This document shows positions 1-8,294 of a stretch of DNA of 64,000 nt, piece by piece. The translations under genes and the position numbers were made by a program. This DNA is from Rickettsiales bacterium. Lineage in GTDB: Bacteria > Pseudomonadota > Alphaproteobacteria > Rickettsiales > UBA1997. Location of the stretch: positions 66,918-130,917 of the forward strand of contig JAGNLL010000002.1 of assembly GCA_017999675.1 (NCBI GenBank), read 5' to 3'. Below the pieces are notes generated by a model. The model was not told the origin of the DNA, ran no database searches, and worked only from the letters and a program-made list of their open reading frames with translations. Position 1 is the stretch's first letter. Every line of letters starts with the position of its first letter.

Positions 1-136
1 TTGGCAGCTTTATAAATTGGCCATTGCAAGGTTTGGAGCAACTCCGTCTTTAATTGAGTGGGACCAAGATTTTCCTGAATTTTCAACATTACTTTTAGAG
101 GCTGGTAGGGCGGCAAAAATTTTAAATAATGACTAA
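1..136 (+). CDS. 3' end of a DUF692-family (MbnB/BufB-like) gene, truncated by the window edge
   Basis: Frame 2 is open from nt 2 to TAA at 134-136 and reads [44 protein letters not shown]. The LIEWD..D.P...L..E tail is typical of DUF692 C-termini. The stop overlaps the next ATG (ATGACTAA). Confidence 0.5.
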   Translation, partial: WQLYKLAIARFGATPSLIEWDQDFPEFSTLLLEAGRAAKILNND

Positions 137-863
137 GCTTCTTACCATTCAGAGAAATTTTTCAAAGCACTTGGAAAAAAAATCTGACCAAAAAATTCTG
201 CAAGAAATTTCGGGCTCAAGCGTTGAGGCCCTAGCGCGCTTAAATATTTATCGCAATAATGTTTACGGTGGATTTGAGTCAGTTTTGTCGTCAATTTTTC
301 CGGTGACAAAAAATATTTTGGGCGAAGAAAAATTTGCAGAATTGCTTAAAAAATATTGTCAAAAATTTCCTTCAAAAACTGGTGATCTCAATAAATTTGG
401 CGACAATTTTGCTAAGTTTTTAAAGGGCCACAAACCCTTATATTTAAAAGACTTGGCGCAGTTAGAGCTTTTGCATCACCAAGCTTATTTTATCGCAAAA
501 AACACTAAAGAATTTGACGTAAGAAAATTTCAAAAATTACCCGTTGATCATTTTTTTAATTTAGTTTTTTTGCTCGATTCGTCGCGCTTTTTGTTTAATT
601 CAAAATTTGCGGTTTTTTCAATTTGGCAAAAAAAGCGCGAAATTAAAAATCTTGCAAAAGCAGAATTGGCGCTAGTTTGTGCTGATAATATTTTTAAACT
701 AAGCGAAGAAGAATTTTTGTTTTTGTCGCTAATTCAAAAGCAAAAAAAACTTTACGAAATTTACCAAATTCTTTGCAAAAAAACTAAAAAACCTGTCGAT
801 ATTGGCGCGCTGATAAATCGCTTCATCTCAAATGGCACAATCATAAATTATGCGCGAATTTAG
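129..863 (+). CDS. DUF2063-family protein (MbnC/BufC-like partner of DUF692)
   Basis: 244-aa ORF. The N-terminal pattern [42 protein letters not shown] matches the DUF2063 signature as I recall it. It overlaps the upstream DUF692 stop by 8 nt. Confidence 0.55.
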   Translation: MTKLLTIQRNFSKHLEKKSDQKILQEISGSSVEALARLNIYRNNVYGGFESVLSSIFPVTKNILGEEKFAELLKKYCQKFPSKTGDLNKFGDNFAKFLKGHKPLYLKDLAQLELLHHQAYFIAKNTKEFDVRKFQKLPVDHFFNLVFLLDSSRFLFNSKFAVFSIWQKKREIKNLAKAELALVCADNIFKLSEEEFLFLSLIQKQKKLYEIYQILCKKTKKPVDIGALINRFISNGTIINYARI

Positions 864-1806
864 CCTCATTGAAAAATTTTTTAAGCCACTGACAAACTCT
901 TGCAAAGCTGCGCATAATCTGGCGGACGACGTTGCAAAAATTTCGCTAAAAAAAGATGAAGAGCTAGTTATTAGCAAAGACATGTTTGTTGAAGATGTGC
1001 ATTTTTTGCTTAAAGATGGTGGTTTTAAAATTGCTTCAAAATTATTGCGCACAAACCTTTCAGACCTTGCCTCATCTGGTGCTACGCCACTTTACTACAT
1101 GATGGGATTTTCTAAAAATAAAAATACTAACGAAGAATTTTGCAGTGAATTTGCGCGCGGGTTAAAATCTGTGCAAGACGAGTTTGGCCTTTGTTTGATT
1201 GGTGGCGACACGGTTAGCGCTAAAAAGCTTTGCTTCTCAATTACAATTTTTGGCGTGGTGAAAAAAGGCCAATCTTTGTCGCGAGGTTTAGCGAAAGAAG
1301 GAGATTTAGTTTTTGTTTCAGGCACAATTGGCGATGCCTTTATTGGGCGTAAAGCCGCTTTTGACGCCCACACAATTAAGCGCCATTTTTTTCCAACACC
1401 AAGAATTGAGCTTGGAAAAATGCTGTTAAAAAATAATTTATCCTCTTGCGCTATTGACGTTTCAGACGGCTTGCTTGCTGATTTGGGCCACATTTGCCAA
1501 GCGTCAAAACTTGCTGCTGAAATTCACTTAAATCAGGTGCCTTTTTCAAAATCGGCGCAGAAATTTTTTGAAACAAATTCTAAAATAAAGCCGCTCAATT
1601 TATTATCTGGCGGAGACGATTACGAGTTAGTTTTTGCAGTGGCGCCAAAAAATAAAAATAAAATTTTAACTTTAGCAAAGGCTCTAAAGCTTGAACTTAC
1701 TTGTATTGGCGAGTTTAAAAAAGCCGCTGATAAAAATTTTGGCGTTTCATTAATCGGCGCAAAAAACAAAAAAATTACCCTTAAAAAACTAGGCCATGAA
1801 CATTAG
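850..1806 (+). CDS. thiL: thiamine-monophosphate kinase
   Basis: 318 aa. It has the ThiL/AIR-synthase-like pattern: EFSLIEKFF..., DDVA, VISKDMFVEDVHF, LSDLASSGATP, GGDT and AIDVSDGLLADL. Confidence 0.85.
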   Translation: MREFSLIEKFFKPLTNSCKAAHNLADDVAKISLKKDEELVISKDMFVEDVHFLLKDGGFKIASKLLRTNLSDLASSGATPLYYMMGFSKNKNTNEEFCSEFARGLKSVQDEFGLCLIGGDTVSAKKLCFSITIFGVVKKGQSLSRGLAKEGDLVFVSGTIGDAFIGRKAAFDAHTIKRHFFPTPRIELGKMLLKNNLSSCAIDVSDGLLADLGHICQASKLAAEIHLNQVPFSKSAQKFFETNSKIKPLNLLSGGDDYELVFAVAPKNKNKILTLAKALKLELTCIGEFKKAADKNFGVSLIGAKNKKITLKKLGHEH

Positions 1807-2464
1807 TAAACTGTTTGAAAAATTAGCCAAACCGACGGAGGCAAAATATGTCAAAGCCTCAAGAAGAGGCTTTGCGTCGGCAATTGATTTTTGGATAGTT
1901 TTACTTTTGCGAGTGGTGGCTCTGCAGATTTTGGGTAAGTTGTGGTTTGAGAAAAAAATACTTATTTTGAGAGAAGATTTTATCGCAAAATTTGGCACCG
2001 AAGTTCCTAAAAAAACACCAGAACACCTCAATTTTATTATTCACAGCGACGCCTTTCTTTGTGCCGCAATTATTGTTTTAATAATAGTTTTGATCGGCGC
2101 TTTTTATCACTCTTACTTTAACTCTTCGGCTTGGCAGGGCACTATTGGTAAGCGTTTGATGAAAATTTTAATCGTTAAAGAAGACGAAGAAAAAATCAGT
2201 TTTTCAAGAGCTAGTGCGCATTACTTTCTTTCGATATTGCCCTTAATATTTATCGCCTATCTATTGAGCTATAAAGCGCGCTATCAAGTGACTTTCTTTC
2301 AAGCCATTACCGCTTCAGAATTTAATATTTTTCTAGCCATAGTGCTTGCGGGCTGGCTGCAAATTCATCTTTTTACCAAGAAAAAAACCACGGCTTACGA
2401 CCTAATCTGCGGCACCATTTTAATTAACGGCAAGTCCGATAAGAAGTTTCCTTGGAGCAAATAA
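1796..2464 (+). CDS. RDD-family membrane protein
   Basis: 222 aa with several hydrophobic spans. RDD-type motifs are present: RRGFASAIDFWIV and WQGTIGKRLMKILIV. The start overlaps the thiL end by 11 nt. Confidence 0.6.
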   Translation: MNISKLFEKLAKPTEAKYVKASRRGFASAIDFWIVLLLRVVALQILGKLWFEKKILILREDFIAKFGTEVPKKTPEHLNFIIHSDAFLCAAIIVLIIVLIGAFYHSYFNSSAWQGTIGKRLMKILIVKEDEEKISFSRASAHYFLSILPLIFIAYLLSYKARYQVTFFQAITASEFNIFLAIVLAGWLQIHLFTKKKTTAYDLICGTILINGKSDKKFPWSK

Positions 2465-2480
2465 TTTTAAAAAATTCATC

Positions 2481-3338
2481 ATGATTTCTATCTCACAAAA
2501 AACAGTTAATAGCAAAATTGAATGCAGCGGCATTGGCCTGCATAGCGGAGAGCGCGCCTCAATTAAGTTGATCCCAGCACCTTGCAATAGCGGCATCGTT
2601 TTTAAAAGATCTGACCTAAGCGGCGACAATGTGATTAAAGCCAATTACAAAAACGTTATCGGCACCAATCTTGGCACCACCCTCACCAACGAAGCTGGCG
2701 CTAAAGTTTCAACAATTGAACATTTAATGGCGGCCATCTGGGGTTGTGGCATCGACAATCTTTTAATTGAAATCGATGGCCCAGAAATTCCGATTATGGA
2801 TGGTAGCTCTGAGCCTTTCGTTTTTTTAATTGAATGTGCCGGAATCAACATTCAAGAAGAGCCGCGCCGCGTACTAGAAATTATGAAAAAAGTGCGCGTT
2901 GAAGATGGTGATAAATTTATTGAGGTTGAGCCGTCAAAAGATTTTTCAATCGATTTGCACATCGATTTCAATCACAAAGAAATCAAAAATCAGACCTTCG
3001 ATTATCACTCAACTTTCACCTCATTTAAAAACGACATCTGCCGCGCTAGAACCTTTGGTTTCAAACATGAAATTGAGCAATTACACAAAATGGGATTGGC
3101 CAAGGGTGGGTCGTTAGACAACGCAATTTTGGTTGATGAAAACGGCATCGTAAACACAGGGGGCTTACGCTACGGCGACGAGTTTGTGCGTCACAAAGCT
3201 CTAGATTTTATCGGTGATATTTACCTAGCCGGACACTTCATTTTAGGGCATTTTAAAGCCTCAAAAGCTGGGCACGGCATTAACAACAAATTGCTGCACA
3301 AACTTTTTGAAGACGAAACTGCTTGGCGGGTGATTTAG
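2481..3338 (+). CDS. lpxC: UDP-3-O-acyl-N-acetylglucosamine deacetylase
   Basis: 285 aa. Canonical LpxC blocks are present: GIGLHSGE, STIEHLMAA, EIPIMDGSS, FVRHKALDFIGDIYLAG and GHGINNKLL. Confidence 0.92.
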   Translation: MISISQKTVNSKIECSGIGLHSGERASIKLIPAPCNSGIVFKRSDLSGDNVIKANYKNVIGTNLGTTLTNEAGAKVSTIEHLMAAIWGCGIDNLLIEIDGPEIPIMDGSSEPFVFLIECAGINIQEEPRRVLEIMKKVRVEDGDKFIEVEPSKDFSIDLHIDFNHKEIKNQTFDYHSTFTSFKNDICRARTFGFKHEIEQLHKMGLAKGGSLDNAILVDENGIVNTGGLRYGDEFVRHKALDFIGDIYLAGHFILGHFKASKAGHGINNKLLHKLFEDETAWRVI

Positions 3339-3361
3339 TCCTTGGCCCATCGAAGCGCTAT

Positions 3362-3871
3362 TTATCTAGACGCGCCACCATTAATATCAGTGCGATCTTG
3401 CTGCAAATTTTTTAGTCGCGAAATGTAGCCTTGTGTTGGTGTGGCGGTGGTGCCTTTGCTTTTTAGCGTTTTTCCAATTTCGGCAAGCTCTAGCGCTAGC
3501 TCTGCTGCTTCTAGTCTTTCTCTCTTTTTTTTCCAAACAACCGAGCGCATACCGCTGCTGTTAAAAACATTAGTGGCCATGCCGTCAACTTCTTCAGAGC
3601 GCTCGTCCCAAACATCATCTTCCGATATTCCCTTATCTTTTTTTACTTCAAGTCCGCCAGTTTCACGTGCTAAATTGCGCTGCTGATTAGGTTTGGGAAA
3701 AAACACATTTTTTAATTTTTGAATAACTCCCTGAACTTCTTCACCTTCTTTTACTTCACACTTTTGTTCCTGAGGCTCATCTTTTCTGATAAAATTTTGA
3801 TCATCATCTTCGTCGGCGATCTTCTTCTTCAGCTCTTCTTCGAGAGTTTTTTTGTCAAATTTTTCAGTCAT
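3362..3871 (-). CDS. hypothetical acidic/charged protein
   Basis: The tracked ORF (3362-3949) overlaps the mfd 3' end. An internal ATG at 3871 (MTEKFDKKTLEEELKKK...) lies 2 nt after the mfd stop and is the likelier start. The sequence is Glu/Asp/Lys-rich with no recognisable motif. Confidence 0.4.
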   Translation of the reverse strand: MTEKFDKKTLEEELKKKIADEDDDQNFIRKDEPQEQKCEVKEGEEVQGVIQKLKNVFFPKPNQQRNLARETGGLEVKKDKGISEDDVWDERSEEVDGMATNVFNSSGMRSVVWKKKRERLEAAELALELAEIGKTLKSKGTTATPTQGYISRLKNLQQDRTDINGGASR

Positions 3872-3873
3872 TT

Positions 3874-6800
3874 TTAAAGTAATTTTTGTATTTGAGACAA
3901 AACATTTTGCGCCGAAGAAATTTTTAGTGCTGTCGATTTTACGTCGCAAAGAAAAAGAACTTTTTGTCCTGTGTGTAATTTTATTTTATTTTTACTAGCA
4001 AAAATCATTTGCATTAAACCTTCTGGAGCGGCGAATTTATTGTCTTTAAAGCTGATTAAAATTCCCTCTGATGCCGCTTCTAATTTTTCTACGCCAAGTT
4101 TTTTGCACCAAGTTTTAAGCTTAGCAATTTCCATCAAGTTCAAAATTTCTAACGGAATTTTACCAAAACGATCGGTCATTTCGTTGATTAAATTTTCTTG
4201 ATCTGTGTCGTTTTTTACAGTCGCAATTTTTTTGTAAAAGCTCATGCGCAGGCTTAAATCTTGCATGTAGTCTTCTGGAATTAGCAGCGAGATTCCGAGT
4301 TTAATTTGCACCGAGAAATCGATTTCTAATTTTTCAGTTGGGTTATTTTTTGTTTGTGGACTGGCATTTTTTAGCTCTTCAATAGTTTCTAGAAGCATTT
4401 GCTGATAAAGCTCAACACCGGTTTCTCTAACGTGGCCAGACTGCTCATCGCCCAGCAAATTACCACTGCCGCGAATGTCCATGTCGTGACTCGCAATGGT
4501 AAATCCAATGCCTAGCGAATCTAAATTTTGCATTACTTCCAATTTTTTACGCGAATCTTCCGAAGTTTTTTTGCGGTGATCAAGCATGAAATAGCAATAA
4601 GCGCGCACCTTGCCGCGGCCAACGCGACCGCGAATTTGGTAAAGTTGTGCCAACCCAAACATTTCGGGTTTGTAAATAATCATCGTGTTGGCGTCAGAAA
4701 TATCGATGCCCGACTCAACAATTGTAGTTGAAAGCAGCATGTCGATTTTGCCGTCAGCAAAATCATTCATAATTTTATCAAGCTGTGCAGCCGGCATTTG
4801 TCCGTGTCCGTGAGCAATTTTAATTTCTGGGAGTAAAATTTTTAAACGTGGTTCCATTTCTTCAATGTCGCGAATTCTTGGTACCACGAAGAAAATTCTT
4901 CCCCCCCGATTATGTTCGCGCAGCACCGCCTCGCGCACGATTACCGAATCGTAAGGCATCACAAAATTGCGCACTGCCAAGCGATCAATTGGTGGTGTTG
5001 AAATTAAACTTAAATCTTTCACGCCGGTGAGCGACATTTGCAAAGTGCGCGGAATCGGCGTGGCCGAAAGGGTGAGAATGTGCACCTCGTTGCGCAATTC
5101 TTTCAAACGCTCTTTTTGCGCCACGCCAAAATGTTGTTCTTCGTCAATAATTACGAGACCAAGATTTTTAAATTTGATGGTTTTTTGCAAAAGTGCGTGA
5201 GTGCCAATGACGATTTGCACCGCGCCAGACTCGAGTTCTTGGCGAATTTTTTTGGCTTCGGTTGTTGTGACGAGTCGCGAAAGTTGCGCAATTTTTACGT
5301 CGGTTTCGGCAAATCTTTTGCTAAAATTTTTGTAATGTTGGCGCACTAAAAGTGTGGTTGGTGCAACAATTGCAATTTGTGTGGCGCCGGGAGATCCCGC
5401 GACAATTGCGGCTGCGCGAAGTGCCACTTCAGTTTTTCCAAATCCAACATCGCCGCAAATTAAGCGATCCATTGGTGAACCTTTGCGCAAATCTTCTTCA
5501 ACTTCTTCAATTGCTTTGGCTTGATCGTCAGTTTCAACGAAGCCAAATTTTGCTCTAAATTCATCGTAAAAATGTTGCTCGGCGACAAAAACCGGCGCTT
5601 TTTTTAAGTGGCGCGCAGCCGCTATTTTCAACAGTTCTTCCGCGGCAACTTTAATGCGAGTGCGAACTTTTTCTTTGCGATTTTTCCACGCACCCGCACC
5701 CAAACGATCAAGTTGAATTAGTGGATTATCAGCACCGTAGCGCGTGATTAAATTGATGTCGTCAACCGGCACAAAAAGTGTGTCGTTAGCGCCGTACAAA
5801 ATTTTGATCATGTCGGTTTTAACGCCGCCAGCATTGATTAGATGAATGCCGTCAAATTTGCCAATTCCGTGATCGCGGTGCACCACAAGTTCACCAAGTT
5901 GAATACTTAAACCTTCTTCAACCAATCTTTGCGAAGCGGCTTTGCTGCTTTTTTTGCGTAGAATTTTTTCGCCGAAAATCGCTTGTTCGCCGATAAAAAT
6001 CGTGTCAGAAGTGTAAAATCCAAAATGGGTTGGAAGCACGCAAATTGAGGCTTTTCCGCGCTTTACATTGTGGGTGTCAGAAAAATTTTTAATTTCTTGC
6101 GAGGTAATTCCGTAGTCGAAAAAAACTTTGGTAATGCGGTCGCGAAAACTTTCGGTGAGGCAGGCGATTGTCACATTTCTTGCGGCAGAGTTTGCTAAAA
6201 TAAACTCATTCATCAACTCAATTGGATCGCGAGTGTTGGTGCGACCAGCCAGCGCAAAATCTGGCACGGGCTTAATTTCTAAATCTAAAATGCGGCTGTT
6301 TTTTTCGGCAACTTCAAATTGATTAAAGCGAATTGCGACGTTTTTTTCTAAATTTTTTCGCAGCTCATCCGCTGAAAAATACAGCAATTCGGGCGCAACC
6401 GGATTATAAATTGAGCCGTCGCGAACCTTCATTTCAGCAACTCGCGCTTGATAATATTCGTTAATTAACTCGCCGCGATTTTTAGCTAAGTCAAAAATTT
6501 TATCGTCAAAAAACGCGACAGGATTTTTTAAATAATCAAAAAAATTCACCAAAGGTTCTTCGTAAAAAAATGGCAGCCAATGCTCCATTCCCGCGTATCC
6601 GCGCATTTCTGAAATGGCTGAATACATTTGATCGTCAACTGCCGCACCAAAAGCTTGGCGATATTTTTGGCGAAAACTTTCGACAGTTTTTTTGCTCATT
6701 ATTACTTCTGAAGCGGGCAGAATTTCGAGGCTTTTAAGTGCTTCTTGCGTGATTTGAGTTATTGGGTCGAACGCCTTAATTGACTCAACTTCGTCACCAA

Positions 6801-7365
6801 AAAAATCAATGCGGTAGCCAATTAAATCTGCTGCCTGCTGCATCACCACGTCAACAATGCCACCACGCACGGCAAACTCGCCAACATTGTTGGCGCAGAC
6901 TTCGCGCGAATATCCTTTGGCAATTAAAAACTCAGCAATTTGTGGCAAAGAAATTTTGCTACCAATTTGTAAATACAGGCCCAAATCGTTGATTTGACTG
7001 GGTGCGATGGTTTTTTGTAAAAGTGCATGTACCGAAGTAATGATGAAAAACTTTTTGTCTTTTGGGCGCGTTGCAAGTTGGTAAAGTGCTTTAATTCGTG
7101 TGGATAAAATTGCCTGTTTTGGTGAGGCGCGATCATAAGGCAAACAGTCCCAAGCGTAGAAGTTTAGCACTTCGAGATGGGGTGCGAAAAAACGAATTTG
7201 TTTTTGGATTAGTTCCATTTCTGCATCATTTTCGGCAACGAAAACGAGGTCAGATTCTTTAAAATTTTTAGAAATTTCAGCGGTTAAAAACGCGTGAGCA
7301 TCGGTTGGTGTTTTAACGAGAACGCATGATTCGCGCAGCTGGGAGAGTTTTATTTTGTAGTCCAT
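3874..7365 (-). CDS. mfd: transcription-repair coupling factor
   Basis: 1163 aa. It has a UvrB-homology N-terminus, an RNAP-interaction domain (VVHRDHGIGKF), superfamily-2 helicase motifs (GDVGFGKTEVA, DEEQHFG, TLSATPIPRTL) and a TRG-type C-terminal region. Confidence 0.95.
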   Translation of the reverse strand: MDYKIKLSQLRESCVLVKTPTDAHAFLTAEISKNFKESDLVFVAENDAEMELIQKQIRFFAPHLEVLNFYAWDCLPYDRASPKQAILSTRIKALYQLATRPKDKKFFIITSVHALLQKTIAPSQINDLGLYLQIGSKISLPQIAEFLIAKGYSREVCANNVGEFAVRGGIVDVVMQQAADLIGYRIDFFGDEVESIKAFDPITQITQEALKSLEILPASEVIMSKKTVESFRQKYRQAFGAAVDDQMYSAISEMRGYAGMEHWLPFFYEEPLVNFFDYLKNPVAFFDDKIFDLAKNRGELINEYYQARVAEMKVRDGSIYNPVAPELLYFSADELRKNLEKNVAIRFNQFEVAEKNSRILDLEIKPVPDFALAGRTNTRDPIELMNEFILANSAARNVTIACLTESFRDRITKVFFDYGITSQEIKNFSDTHNVKRGKASICVLPTHFGFYTSDTIFIGEQAIFGEKILRKKSSKAASQRLVEEGLSIQLGELVVHRDHGIGKFDGIHLINAGGVKTDMIKILYGANDTLFVPVDDINLITRYGADNPLIQLDRLGAGAWKNRKEKVRTRIKVAAEELLKIAAARHLKKAPVFVAEQHFYDEFRAKFGFVETDDQAKAIEEVEEDLRKGSPMDRLICGDVGFGKTEVALRAAAIVAGSPGATQIAIVAPTTLLVRQHYKNFSKRFAETDVKIAQLSRLVTTTEAKKIRQELESGAVQIVIGTHALLQKTIKFKNLGLVIIDEEQHFGVAQKERLKELRNEVHILTLSATPIPRTLQMSLTGVKDLSLISTPPIDRLAVRNFVMPYDSVIVREAVLREHNRGGRIFFVVPRIRDIEEMEPRLKILLPEIKIAHGHGQMPAAQLDKIMNDFADGKIDMLLSTTIVESGIDISDANTMIIYKPEMFGLAQLYQIRGRVGRGKVRAYCYFMLDHRKKTSEDSRKKLEVMQNLDSLGIGFTIASHDMDIRGSGNLLGDEQSGHVRETGVELYQQMLLETIEELKNASPQTKNNPTEKLEIDFSVQIKLGISLLIPEDYMQDLSLRMSFYKKIATVKNDTDQENLINEMTDRFGKIPLEILNLMEIAKLKTWCKKLGVEKLEAASEGILISFKDNKFAAPEGLMQMIFASKNKIKLHTGQKVLFLCDVKSTALKISSAQNVLSQIQKLL

Positions 7366-7458
7366 TTTGTCTGAAATTAAAGGGTCTTGAAACTAAAAAG
7401 TTGCCAAGTACCGTGCTTGGTAATCCACTTAAGTGGAGGTGGAGGGTTTACCCTTGAA

Positions 7459-7490
7459 GCCCCGCAGATCTGATCTGTGGGGCTTTTTTA
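7459..7490 (+). terminator. Rho-independent terminator oriented for the plus strand
   Basis: Stem gccccgcaga / tctgtggggc (one G-U pair), loop tctga, followed by TTTTTTA. There is no A-tract on the 5' side, so it is unidirectional. Both neighbouring genes are on the minus strand. Confidence 0.55.
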
Positions 7491-7501
7491 TTGCCAAAAT
7501 A

Positions 7502-8290
7502 TCAAGGTAGTTTTTTGATTCCCCATCCGTTGACCCTATCTTTGTAGCTAAAAAATTTCTTCTGATTGATTAAAATATCTAAAATTTCGTCAGAAAAAGT
7601 TTTTTTATTTTCTCTTATTTCCCAAATTTTATCGAAGGCAAATCTTCTAACGGAGTGAGCAAGTAAATCTGCTAATTGTAGCCCAGCGATGTTCGCGGCT
7701 TTGTTTCGTATTTTGAGTTCTTTTGATGTCAAAAACTCGCTGAAGTCAGATGGTTTTAAAAAAGCGCTACCATTATCCATTAGATCTCGGAAAGACTCTT
7801 TTAGGCGAAGATCCTCTTTTCCACCCCTCGACTCAATCATTACGTCACCAACCGTTTGGTTCATTTTTAGAAAGCCGCGATAGCGTTCTAAAATAGCATC
7901 TAGGCATAGATGGTAAGGATCTTTATTCCACGTTGGGTAAAGATCGCAAAATTCTTTTTTATCAATGATTGAGCTGATTATTTTAAAATCCCATTTCTCC
8001 AAAAGACTCAGGAGGTCTTTATTGAAGGACTTTTCTAAGTCTGGGTTTTTTAGAATACGAAATTTCCCCTCTTTGCAAACCAACTCTTTACGATGAAAGA
8101 TAAGAGGCTCATCAGGATGATGTTCAAAATATTTTGTTTTTAAGTTCTCAAGCTCTGGATGAAAAGTTTGCAGAGTGTAATCTAGGTCAAAAATCACGCC
8201 AGAAAGGCATAAAAAACGGTGATTTAGGTCATCAGAATTCTTCAAGTCAGGATTTCCAACTTCGTCAATGTAAATGCGGTATTTTTTCAT
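7502..8290 (-). CDS. DUF3800-family protein
   Basis: 262 aa. The N-terminus MKKYRIYIDEVGN resembles the Y-[IV]-DE-[ST]-G start typical of DUF3800. It begins 4 nt after the truncated dnaE stop. Confidence 0.6.
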   Translation of the reverse strand: MKKYRIYIDEVGNPDLKNSDDLNHRFLCLSGVIFDLDYTLQTFHPELENLKTKYFEHHPDEPLIFHRKELVCKEGKFRILKNPDLEKSFNKDLLSLLEKWDFKIISSIIDKKEFCDLYPTWNKDPYHLCLDAILERYRGFLKMNQTVGDVMIESRGGKEDLRLKESFRDLMDNGSAFLKPSDFSEFLTSKELKIRNKAANIAGLQLADLLAHSVRRFAFDKIWEIRENKKTFSDEILDILINQKKFFSYKDRVNGWGIKKLP

Positions 8291-8294
8291 GGGT

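Noticed and set aside
7099-7107. Perfect DnaA-box consensus tgtggataa. I also considered an origin near dnaN (61698-61774 and 62951-62979).
   Set aside because: It is a single box inside the mfd coding sequence, which is compatible with chance. The intergenic regions flanking dnaN contain no DnaA-box cluster or AT-rich unwinding element that I could see.
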